IMG/VR virus record: IMGVR_UViG_3300009104_001476
Source: a virus
DNA: 64,000 bases
Direction: 5' to 3' (one strand)
The notes under the pieces are model-generated. The model saw only the letters and a program-made list of their open reading frames with translations. It was not told the origin of the DNA and searched no databases. Of this stretch, positions 26,404 to 34,807 are shown in pieces (the first letter of the stretch is position 1; every line of letters begins with the position of its first letter). Made by a program: the position numbers and the translations under genes.

Positions 26404-26605
26404 GCGTATAGTATAGCACATGAGGTGGGACATCCGTAGTCCTACCAAAAAGAAAGTTAGATTTTTTTTACTTGAGCACTTGGCACGAATCGTGCCGCAC
26501 GATCTATGCCAAGTGCAATTGTGAATAACTTTATGCAGAAACACCCTTGACAAAGGGCGATTTATGTGGTATACTATATGTATTGAGAGTGAGAGATTAA
26601 AGATT

Positions 26606-26776
26606 ATGAAAACAGAAAGTATATTCACAGTAACCTTCACCGATGGTGGAGAGGTATTCATTAAAGCAATGGACGAGGCTCACGCCCGCCGTATCATAGC
26701 GAACAACGGCCTTTGGCGTAGGAATACAGAGGATGAGCCATTCGAGCGTACCATAAAAAAAGTTGAGAAAAATTAA
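26606..26776 (+). CDS. hypothetical protein
   Basis: DnaA-type box 26520-26528; TTGACA 26547, 17 nt, TATACT 26570. Confidence 0.55.
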   Translation: MKTESIFTVTFTDGGEVFIKAMDEAHARRIIANNGLWRRNTEDEPFERTIKKVEKN

Positions 26777-26820
26777 TGGTGGGACAGCGGATGTCTCACC
26801 CCCTGTGCTATACTATACGT

Positions 26821-27165
26821 ATGAAAATGATTATGAAAGAACAAACAAACAAAGCAAACAACCTCATCCTCGGTGCGGTTTACATCAACGCAAACACGGG
26901 CGCACCTTGCCGCCTCGTTAACATCGTATCCTGCCAAGGTGTTTGGCTAGAGACTTATGATGGTCAAGGCTATGGTGATCTAGTTAAGTTTAAGGATTGC
27001 CATTATGCTGACATCGATGAGGTGAATGATTATCTTGAAGATCACCGTGTTTACAACGCGAGCAAGAAAGCTCCTACTCATAAGCCTGTTAACTATGACA
27101 CGTATTGGAACGTGCAAGGTTATTACGAAGATAGCTATGGCAACGACATTCGTTGCAGAGACTAA
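26821..27165 (+). CDS. hypothetical protein (leaderless)
   Basis: Class C promoter 26778-26814. Confidence 0.6.
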   Translation: MKMIMKEQTNKANNLILGAVYINANTGAPCRLVNIVSCQGVWLETYDGQGYGDLVKFKDCHYADIDEVNDYLEDHRVYNASKKAPTHKPVNYDTYWNVQGYYEDSYGNDIRCRD

Positions 27166-27196
27166 CCTTATTACATTAACTAAACCTTTTTATATT

Positions 27197-27382
27197 ATGA
27201 AGAAAAACAAACTACCCTACATCGGAAAAATCCAAGACCTCAACGATGAATTCAACAACGCATTCCGTGATGAAGTGTTTATGCCTATGGTCACATTCGC
27301 GGGAACGCTTATCCTGTTTACCATACTACTTGACTATTCGTTCCAACTCGTGGAAGCACTCGACATCATCCTAGCCAATTAA
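27197..27382 (+). CDS. small membrane protein
   Basis: Hydrophobic C-terminal helix. Confidence 0.55.
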   Translation: MKKNKLPYIGKIQDLNDEFNNAFRDEVFMPMVTFAGTLILFTILLDYSFQLVEALDIILAN

Positions 27383-27386
27383 GATT

Positions 27387-27698
27387 ATGAGAATTATAGA
27401 ATTAGAAGAAGCAAGAGAGATTGCAAAGAGTAGTGAAGCAACTCATGTTCGGTTCACTTACGCGAACCATTCTTATCACGAGTACCCCATCGAAAAGCTA
27501 GGGGAAGCAATCGAGTCACACAAGTGGAGTCGTTTGGGTTTGCATTACGGAGTGAAGTTAAACGACGAGTGCGAGATTAAAAACGAGGGTATGGCTACTG
27601 GTTGGCGTATCGATGACTTCATTCAAATTGGTGAGGTTGACTATTCTTGGAACAACGAGCAAACGGGTTCACCCGCGTGGGAATACCACAGACGTTAA
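27387..27698 (+). CDS. hypothetical protein
   Basis: Packed ORF. Confidence 0.55.
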   Translation: MRIIELEEAREIAKSSEATHVRFTYANHSYHEYPIEKLGEAIESHKWSRLGLHYGVKLNDECEIKNEGMATGWRIDDFIQIGEVDYSWNNEQTGSPAWEYHRR

Positions 27699-27871
27699 AG
27701 TTGTTATTGAATTAATGAAAAATTATAGCACTCGCGGCCTGAGATATGGTCGGCGGGGGGTAATTTCAATCTTTCCGGCCGTTTCAAATCTTTGCATATA
27801 TAGGAAGGTCAAAAAATCCCGAACAGCTATATTAATTTAGGTCTTTCTCTATATAGAAACTATAATTATCG

Positions 27872-28594
27872 ATGCTTGTGCGAGAAAAAGATATAGATAA
27901 GGTTTTATTAGTTAATTTAGATAGCTCTACAAAAAGATATGCAGAATTTTCAGGTATAGAAGGCATAGAAAGGTTTCCCGCTATAGACTCTAGGGAAAAT
28001 TGGTTTGTATATAAGGACTACGATTTAAAACTAAAGCCTTTTTGGAATTGGGAAACATATTTCGCCCAAGGCAAGGGCGCGGTTGGTTGTTATTTGAGTC
28101 ATTATTTAATTTGGCAAAAAATAATAAAAGAAGACATAGATTTATGCTTGGTGCTTGAAGACGATGCTAATGCTGAAGATGTAAAAAACTTTTTAACTAC
28201 AACTCAAAAAAAATACTACGCCCACTCTAATAGCATAATCAATTTAAATAAGCGTAAACAGTTCAGAAATTACATGGTGGGGACAGAGTCATACCTTCTT
28301 GATAAAAAAGGCGCACAGAGCCTTGTGGAGGCAGTAAACGGTATAATTGAAGAACCTGTAGATAGATTTATGGGAAGGGCACATTATAGAAAAAGAATAA
28401 TAAAATTAATTTATGATCCATGTATAAATTTAAATTATGAAGTAGGAGGGTCTTGGGAGAGTAGTGAGGTCATGACAGACTACGCACCTTGGTCATTAAA
28501 AGACGAACAAGGGTGGACGCTGTCTTTAAAAGAGCAACATAAAATAATTAAAACCGAACATGGAGAAAAATGGTGGTGGGAAAAAGATGATTGA
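27872..28594 (+). CDS. glycosyltransferase family 25
   Basis: VNLDSSTKR, FPAID, GAVGCYLSH, LVLEDDA and YLLDKKGA motifs. Confidence 0.85.
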   Translation: MLVREKDIDKVLLVNLDSSTKRYAEFSGIEGIERFPAIDSRENWFVYKDYDLKLKPFWNWETYFAQGKGAVGCYLSHYLIWQKIIKEDIDLCLVLEDDANAEDVKNFLTTTQKKYYAHSNSIINLNKRKQFRNYMVGTESYLLDKKGAQSLVEAVNGIIEEPVDRFMGRAHYRKRIIKLIYDPCINLNYEVGGSWESSEVMTDYAPWSLKDEQGWTLSLKEQHKIIKTEHGEKWWWEKDD

Positions 28595-29228
28595 TCATAA
28601 AAACAGATATATATACGTAAGGACACCGAAAGCTGCCTCTACAAGCATTCTCGGAGCGTTATTCCAACAACAAACGACCCATTTCTTCACTAACGTCAAT
28701 AAAGAGTTCCGAAGAAGGCTAATAAATGTCGAAACCTATTGGGAGGGTGATCGAAACCATTATCCTTTAAGCGTCATGAAGAAAATAGTCCATCCTCAAA
28801 TTATAAAAAATTATTTTAAATTTTCATTCGTTCGTAACCCGTGGGCTAGAGTTTTTTCTGCTTATAATTATGAAAAAGCGTGGCATGATGCGAATGGTCA
28901 CGAATTAGTTCATCACATAAAGGGTGATTTCAATGAATATGTTGAAAATTACGATAATTGGTACAAAACACATAAAACTACCTATTTTGAGTACACTGAA
29001 GGTTGTGACTTCATTGGCAAAATGGAAAATTTACAAAATGATTTTGATGAAATGTGCTCTTTAGGTAATTTGAAGACAAAAACGCTGAAACATCTTAATG
29101 TCACAGATAAAAAGATAGAAGCTAAAGGTAATTTTTTTAAATATAGAGATCACTATACCTCTAAGACTAAAGATATAATTTATAAAAAATTTAAAAAAGA
29201 TATAGAATTCTTCGAATATGAATATTAG
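28587..29228 (+). CDS. sulfotransferase (Sulfotransfer_2-like)
   Basis: 5'-PSB motif RTPKAASTSI; 3'-PB motif FVRNPWARVFSAY. Confidence 0.85.
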   Translation: MIDHKNRYIYVRTPKAASTSILGALFQQQTTHFFTNVNKEFRRRLINVETYWEGDRNHYPLSVMKKIVHPQIIKNYFKFSFVRNPWARVFSAYNYEKAWHDANGHELVHHIKGDFNEYVENYDNWYKTHKTTYFEYTEGCDFIGKMENLQNDFDEMCSLGNLKTKTLKHLNVTDKKIEAKGNFFKYRDHYTSKTKDIIYKKFKKDIEFFEYEY

Positions 29229-29796
29229 TAAGATCTTTGAGATTGGCGTGATGAAAACGGGCACGACAAGCCTTGGGGCAGCTTTTAGACAGTTAGGCTA
29301 CAAGGACATGAAGTGGCATCCTGTAGCTTATAATAAATTTATTGAATCGCGGCATACTGATTATAAATCTCTATTTGATATTATTGATCAATACGAAGCA
29401 TTTCAAGATGGGCCGTGGCATGATTGTGATTTTAGAAAACTAGATGAGCATTACCCTAATAGTAAGTTCATTATATTAGAAAGAGATGATGAAAGTTGGA
29501 TTCGCAGTATGGAGTTACATAACTCACCAATCTATAATATAAATAAAATTCCTGATGAATATCTTCATGATGAATGGGTGCATGACAGATCTAATACTAT
29601 TGATAGAAAATTGAAATGGAAAAAAGAAAAATACAATAGAATAAAAAACTATTTTAAAGATAGGCCTAATGATCTATTAATTATGAATATTTGTGGCGGC
29701 GAAGGTTGGGAAAAGATTTGTCCCTTTTTGAATAAAGAAAAGCCTTCGTGGCCTTTCCCGATAAGGAACGTTTCTCCTACTCAAGAAAAAAATTAG
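29218..29796 (+). CDS. sulfotransferase-family P-loop protein
   Basis: IGVMKTGTTSL, DGPW, KFIILER-x4-WIRS and GEGWEKICPFL motifs. Confidence 0.8.
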   Translation: MNISKIFEIGVMKTGTTSLGAAFRQLGYKDMKWHPVAYNKFIESRHTDYKSLFDIIDQYEAFQDGPWHDCDFRKLDEHYPNSKFIILERDDESWIRSMELHNSPIYNINKIPDEYLHDEWVHDRSNTIDRKLKWKKEKYNRIKNYFKDRPNDLLIMNICGGEGWEKICPFLNKEKPSWPFPIRNVSPTQEKN

Positions 29797-29859
29797 ATAT
29801 TCTATTTCAATATGAATGGGGCTTTCTGATAGATTGTCAAAAATAGTGTAACTATTATT

Positions 29860-30651
29860 ATGCCAGAAAAGAAAACTTCTTCTTCAGGGCCGAACAAACT
29901 TAAAATTCGTGGAGCAACGGAACTTGCAGAACAACTTACTGAAACAAATGAAAATCATGTGAAACAACATCAAGCAGCGAACCCGATAAAAACAAACATC
30001 AAGTTAAGACAATTCCCTTGGACAGAAAAACAAAAAGAATTTTTTAAAATTGCCCTGCACCCTTCTACTAATATAATCATCGTTAAAGGACCGGCAGGTA
30101 CTTCTAAAACATTATTAGCTACTTATTGTGCTCTTCAGTTATTAAACATGAAGGTAATAGATAATATCATGTACCTAAGGTCTGCTGTCGAGTCGTCTGA
30201 CAAAAGTTTAGGTTTTCTGCCGGGTACGGCTGAAGAAAAATTAAGATTTTTTAATTTACCTTTTTTAGATAAATTAGATGAACTTTTAGCTTCTATTAAA
30301 GCGGAAAAATTGGAAACCGAGAATCGCGTTTCCATGTTTCCTGTTGCATTTGCTAGAGGAATGAATTGGACAGACAAATGCGTTATCCTAGATGAAGCAC
30401 AGAATTCGACAATAAAAGAAATAACTACGGTTTTGACCCGATTAGGGAAAAACAGTAGATGCTTCATTTTAGCAGATCCAGCCCAAACGGACCTTCATGA
30501 GAATAAACAAGGAGGGATAGAGAAAATTAACGAAAAATTTTCTGACGAAGAAAGCCTACAAATGGGAATTTATACGTTTGAATTTACCGAAGAAGATATA
30601 ATGAGGTCAGAATTAGTAAAATTTATTGTGTCAAAACTTAATCAACTGTAA
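29860..30651 (+). CDS. phoH: PhoH-family ATPase
   Basis: GPAGTSKT, LGFLPG, AFARG, ILDEAQN and RSELVK motifs. Confidence 0.92.
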   Translation: MPEKKTSSSGPNKLKIRGATELAEQLTETNENHVKQHQAANPIKTNIKLRQFPWTEKQKEFFKIALHPSTNIIIVKGPAGTSKTLLATYCALQLLNMKVIDNIMYLRSAVESSDKSLGFLPGTAEEKLRFFNLPFLDKLDELLASIKAEKLETENRVSMFPVAFARGMNWTDKCVILDEAQNSTIKEITTVLTRLGKNSRCFILADPAQTDLHENKQGGIEKINEKFSDEESLQMGIYTFEFTEEDIMRSELVKFIVSKLNQL

Positions 30652-30672
30652 TATAATATAGGAGTAAATCAT

Positions 30673-31494
30673 ATGCCTAAGAAAAAAACAAAAAACGATG
30701 CCGAAGAAGTATCTAACAAAGAAGAACCAATCCCTGTCGAGCTCGTAGAAGAGAGCGAAACAGACAAGCAAGTAAAACTTCAAAGCATCATCCAGTCTCA
30801 AGCGGAAGTTAAAAAAGTTGAAGCAGAGACGAGAAGGTCAGAAGCTGAAGCCTTAAAGGCTGAGGTGGAAGCTAAAAAAGTTTTTTACGCTTACGAAAAA
30901 GAACTACAGTCTGACGAAGAAAACTGCCTTTATCGCTTTTCGAGAGATGTCAACGAAAGCTCTGTATCTGGGTGTATGAAGAAGCTTACACAGTGGCACC
31001 GTAAAGCCCCAGAATGCCCCATAGAGGTCGTTTTCTCTTCTCCGGGGGGTAGTATCATAGATGGATTCGAATTATTCGATTTCCTGCAAGATTTGAGGAA
31101 TAAGGGGCACCACATTACGACAGGCTCATTAGGGATGGCTGCTTCGATGGCTGGCATTCTTTTACAAGCTGGAGACAAGAGGTGGATTGGTCACCAATCA
31201 TGGATGATGATTCATAGGGCCGCTTTTGGAGCGATTGGCAAAACTTACGAAATCGAAGACGAAGTTATGCTTGTAAAAAGGATAGAAGACAGAATCCTAG
31301 ACATATTTACTTCTAGGTCTAAATTATCTCAAGCTCAATTGAGAAAAAATTGGGATAGAAAAGACTGGTGGATTGACGCAGACGAATGTAAGAAATTAGG
31401 GCTAGTTGATGAAATTAGAGCAATGATGCCTGAGCACCTTAATGCTCCTAAAAGGAAGAGGAAGCCTAGGAAAAAGAGCATTAGAAAGAAATAA
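30673..31494 (+). CDS. clpP: ClpP-like protease with N-terminal coiled-coil extension
   Basis: FSSPGGS, GMAASMA (catalytic Ser) and MMIH (catalytic His) motifs. Confidence 0.85.
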   Translation: MPKKKTKNDAEEVSNKEEPIPVELVEESETDKQVKLQSIIQSQAEVKKVEAETRRSEAEALKAEVEAKKVFYAYEKELQSDEENCLYRFSRDVNESSVSGCMKKLTQWHRKAPECPIEVVFSSPGGSIIDGFELFDFLQDLRNKGHHITTGSLGMAASMAGILLQAGDKRWIGHQSWMMIHRAAFGAIGKTYEIEDEVMLVKRIEDRILDIFTSRSKLSQAQLRKNWDRKDWWIDADECKKLGLVDEIRAMMPEHLNAPKRKRKPRKKSIRKK

Positions 31495-31526
31495 GGGTCT
31501 TAATAGAGTGTAAAGAGAAAATAGCT

Positions 31527-31679
31527 ATGAAAAAATTAATTGTATTTTGTGCGGCACTTTTTGTAATCGGCTGCAACTGGGGAAATTCCGGATGTCCGGA
31601 CTGTTCCTGCGAAGCGGGCTGTTGTTCATCCGACAGTTGCTCAGTTGCCGATTGCAATTGTGCGTGCGAGAAAGAGTAA
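31527..31679 (+). CDS. metallothionein-like lipopeptide (50 aa)
   Basis: Translated by hand: MKKLIVFCAALFVIG-CNWGNSGCPDCSCEAGCCSSDSCSVADCNCACEKE; not in the ORF track. Confidence 0.7.
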   Translation: MKKLIVFCAALFVIGCNWGNSGCPDCSCEAGCCSSDSCSVADCNCACEKE

Positions 31680-31685
31680 AAGTTT

Positions 31686-31901
31686 ATGGGAACTTGGAGT
31701 TCACGCATAGGCAAATTCAAAAAGAAAGACCCTAACCACGGATGGCTTTGGAAAAAAATTCAAGGTCAATTCCGTAAGGTTCGACACTGGTGCTGTAAGG
31801 CCGCTTTATGTAACTTCGACACATGTAAATGTGACTGCCACGAAAGAGATATACCTAACGACTGTAAGAATCCAAAATGCGGTTGTAAGAAAAAGCGATA
31901 A
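31686..31901 (+). CDS. basic Cys-rich peptide
   Basis: 9 Cys in the C-terminal 37 aa, with CC and CxC motifs. Confidence 0.6.
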   Translation: MGTWSSRIGKFKKKDPNHGWLWKKIQGQFRKVRHWCCKAALCNFDTCKCDCHERDIPNDCKNPKCGCKKKR

Positions 31902-31912
31902 AAAAGCGTTGG

Positions 31913-32104
31913 TTAAAGCTTAGGTAGGTGGGCTAAATCTTTGTGTATTTCTTGACCTAGCTTGTTAATGGCTACTGCTCTTTCCCAGAGATCATCCTTC
32001 GAGAACTTCTCTTGGTCTTTTATTATGATTAAAGATAGCTCTCCTATTTCTTCAAGCTTTTCTTGTATATGCTCAATCTTACTTTTTGGTAACAAATAAT
32101 CCAT
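31913..32104 (-). CDS. hypothetical protein
   Basis: GTGTAA motif upstream on the minus strand. Confidence 0.6.
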   Translation of the reverse strand: MDYLLPKSKIEHIQEKLEEIGELSLIIIKDQEKFSKDDLWERAVAINKLGQEIHKDLAHLPKL

Positions 32105-32121
32105 ATTCTGGATTACACCTC

Positions 32122-32469
32122 TTACTTACCTCTATATTGAGCTTTACGGCTTCTTTCAGTTTTCCTCCACCCACATTCATGATATAAAAATCTACTTATA
32201 GTATTAGCAAATTTATATATTTCTTTTTCTGGCTTGTCCCAAAAGAAAGCATGAGCAAATTCATGGATGCACGTATTAAGTTCTGTTTGCTTGGTATTGT
32301 AAGGATTTATACAGATTTTAGGATGTTTCTCGGTAGGATCTTCGCAAATCCCATCACATTTTTCCCCATAAAGCCTTTTATCTGGTTTTCTAAAAACAAC
32401 CTCGTATTCCACCCCTTTACAGTTCCTAAACACGAAATTGCCATTTCTCGCCTTAGTCCGTCTGCGCAT
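32122..32469 (-). CDS. zincin-like metallopeptidase-motif protein
   Basis: HExxH (IHEFAH). Confidence 0.6.
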   Translation of the reverse strand: MRRRTKARNGNFVFRNCKGVEYEVVFRKPDKRLYGEKCDGICEDPTEKHPKICINPYNTKQTELNTCIHEFAHAFFWDKPEKEIYKFANTISRFLYHECGWRKTERSRKAQYRGK

Positions 32470-32545
32470 ATCTAAATTTACACTCTATAAGAATACCGTC
32501 TAATTTATATTAGATTTTAAATTTTTTTTTAATATTATAAGATAA

Positions 32546-32929
32546 ATGAAGACTTATTGTACAAATTGTGGTTGTAAGGTAGAGCACCTAGCTCAACAAA
32601 AACCCAACTTTTGCCCAAAGTGTGGATACTCTTTTACTGGGGTATCATCCTCTCAACAAAATGCTCAAATTAATGAAGAAAATGAAGAGGATGAAGAGGC
32701 TTTAGGTTTAAATGTCGATAGCGATTTCGAGCTAGAATTCGAATTAGACGAAAAACCAAAACGCTCTAATAAACTGTCCGATCTAATGGGAACATCTGGA
32801 GGAGCCCCCAACGATAGCGAGCAAAAGAAAAGGGGAAGAGGCAGGCCTAAAAAAATAAATAAGGAAAAAGTCTGGGAAGACTTCAAAAAGGAAGCAGGTG
32901 GAAATCCTCATAAAGAAGCGAACGAATAA
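32546..32929 (+). CDS. zinc-ribbon protein
   Basis: CTNCG...CPKCG. Confidence 0.7.
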   Translation: MKTYCTNCGCKVEHLAQQKPNFCPKCGYSFTGVSSSQQNAQINEENEEDEEALGLNVDSDFELEFELDEKPKRSNKLSDLMGTSGGAPNDSEQKKRGRGRPKKINKEKVWEDFKKEAGGNPHKEANE

Positions 32930-32931
32930 AT

Positions 32932-33714
32932 ATGCCTCGCAAGAATGCAAAAGTTCAAAAAAATCCACCAAAAAAAAGAGCAGCTAATAAAAAGATAGCG
33001 AAAAAAAAACGCGTGTCTACTCCAAAAAAGCGCGTAAAGAAGTTGAAGTTCGAAGACTGCATCCAAGAAATCGATGTAGAGATTTGCAAGAGAAAAAATA
33101 AATGGAATTTAACCGCCTTAGCTTGGATGGATTTTGATGACGTATCCCAAATTTTAAGAATCCATATATTTAAAAAATGGCACCTGTTTGACCAAACAAA
33201 AAAACTAGTCCCTTGGATTAATAGAATAATATCCAACCAAATAAAAAACTTAATAAGAAATCATTATGGTAACTACGTAAGGCCTTGCGTCAAATGCGCT
33301 GCGGCAGAAGGAGAAGATTTATGCGTCATATATGGTAAACAGTGCGCTGATTGTCCCTTGTTTAAAAATTGGTATAAAAACAAAAAAAGCGCATATGATA
33401 CTAAACTACCCATAGCTTTAGAAAACCACTCTCAAGAAGTGTTTTCTGTACAGAACCAAGACTCTTTAGATATGGACGTAGCGTCTCAAAAGCTACATGA
33501 CAGAATGCAAAAAATGTTGAAAGTTAATGAATGGTTAGTTTATAAATATTTATATATAGACCACATGTCAGAAGAACAAGCAGCCAAAAAAATGGGATAT
33601 AAAACTACGGAAAAAAATAGAAGCCCCGGCTACAAACAAATAAAAAATTTAAAAAAATCTATAATAGCTAAAGTTAAAAAATGCTTATTGAATGACGAAA
33701 TAGATATATTTTAA
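32932..33714 (+). CDS. ECF-like sigma factor with Cys4 insertion (candidate late sigma)
   Basis: Region 2-like DFDDVSQ...FDQTKKLVPWINRIISNQIKNLIR, CVKC...CADC insertion, region 4-like HTH MSEEQAAKKMG. Confidence 0.65.
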   Translation: MPRKNAKVQKNPPKKRAANKKIAKKKRVSTPKKRVKKLKFEDCIQEIDVEICKRKNKWNLTALAWMDFDDVSQILRIHIFKKWHLFDQTKKLVPWINRIISNQIKNLIRNHYGNYVRPCVKCAAAEGEDLCVIYGKQCADCPLFKNWYKNKKSAYDTKLPIALENHSQEVFSVQNQDSLDMDVASQKLHDRMQKMLKVNEWLVYKYLYIDHMSEEQAAKKMGYKTTEKNRSPGYKQIKNLKKSIIAKVKKCLLNDEIDIF

Positions 33715-33716
33715 TT

Positions 33717-34802
33717 ATGGAAGAAATTTTCTTATCAGAAGAACAAAAAGAAAAGGTTTTGAGCGAATGGAACTCAAAGCCTAACGACCCCCCATCACTT
33801 TTAGAGCTTATCAAGGCAGCGGGGTTTGAAGATAAAGATGGCCGAAGTAAAGAAGGTCGAGCGGTAAAACAATTTTTAGCTTCAAGGCAAATTAAAGCCC
33901 AAGGAGCCCAAAACTATCAACCTAAAAAAAGGGTCAATCTAACGGATGAAGACGTAGAGTTTATTATTAATAACATGGGGATGATGAAATCGATGGAGAT
34001 GGCTCGGGTGATATTTAAAGATGAGACTTTGACCAATCTAAACCAAGAAACTCGAGCGGTCCTTGAGGTCGTACGTTCTCACGAAGAACAAGTGCAGCCT
34101 TATGAAAATACTGATGAAGCCTCTATAGACCAATACAAGCCCCCAAAAACTTTTGATCAGTCCTTGGCAAGAATTAATAAATATATGCATAATGGCATTA
34201 ATAAAACGAAACTTAACATCAAGCAAAAGAAAGACATCCAAGCCCTAATAGGTTTCCTGCATACTTATAGATTTACGCATCAAATTAACAGTTATAATAC
34301 TACAACAGAAAGAGATTTATTTGAAAGTAGTTTTGTCAGATATGCATTTGATAAAAACGATCTGACAGAAGAAGAAGTAGATCAATACATAGTGTTATCT
34401 ACAGAGGTAGTTATAGCTTCAAACATCCAACACCGAGTAGAACACTTGCAGATGCTAATGGATGGGGTGGCAAACGACACAGAAGGCCGAAGAATTTCCA
34501 TGTCTTTAGTGGAAGCTATTAGTACGGCTCAAACAGAGTATAACCAATGTGTTAACAGACAGCATAAACTTTTAGAGAGTCTAAAAGAAAAAAGAAGTGA
34601 CAAACTCAAGAAACAACTACATGAAAATGCTAGCATACTAAATCTAGTGGAGATGTGGAAAGAGGAAGAGAGCAGGAAGCAACTTATTGAGCTGACTGAG
34701 CTTCGCAAGAAGACCTTAAAGAGTGAAATAGATAAGCTTTCCGGGATGGACGAGGTAAGGGCTAGAATCATGGGCATAACAGATGACGAAGCCTTAAATT
34801 AG
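33717..34802 (+). CDS. hypothetical protein (helical, packaging cluster)
   Basis: ORF upstream of terminase; could be a small terminase subunit, but unproven. Confidence 0.55.
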   Translation: MEEIFLSEEQKEKVLSEWNSKPNDPPSLLELIKAAGFEDKDGRSKEGRAVKQFLASRQIKAQGAQNYQPKKRVNLTDEDVEFIINNMGMMKSMEMARVIFKDETLTNLNQETRAVLEVVRSHEEQVQPYENTDEASIDQYKPPKTFDQSLARINKYMHNGINKTKLNIKQKKDIQALIGFLHTYRFTHQINSYNTTTERDLFESSFVRYAFDKNDLTEEEVDQYIVLSTEVVIASNIQHRVEHLQMLMDGVANDTEGRRISMSLVEAISTAQTEYNQCVNRQHKLLESLKEKRSDKLKKQLHENASILNLVEMWKEEESRKQLIELTELRKKTLKSEIDKLSGMDEVRARIMGITDDEALN

Positions 34803-34807
34803 TTATA

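Larger units (their letters stand above)
16930..26516. repeat. dispersed family of 8 ~44 bp pseudo-palindromes (GCACTTGGCACGRATC...GATY-N4/5-CCAAGTG)
   Basis: Copies at about 16930, 18304, 20058 (reverse), 21701 (reverse), 23345, 24859, 25584 and 26476. Confidence 0.92.

Noticed and set aside
16930-26516. CRISPR array or integron attC cassettes
   Set aside because: The repeats are 0.7-2.2 kb apart and in both orientations, with whole genes between them. They lack the RYYYAAC/GTTRRRY boxes, and no cas gene or integrase was seen.
27700-27870. Genome terminus or packaging site at the early/late boundary
   Set aside because: Gene style changes here and there is a short GC-rich stem (CGGCC/GGTCG), but nothing in the sequence alone identifies an end; read-coverage data would be needed.
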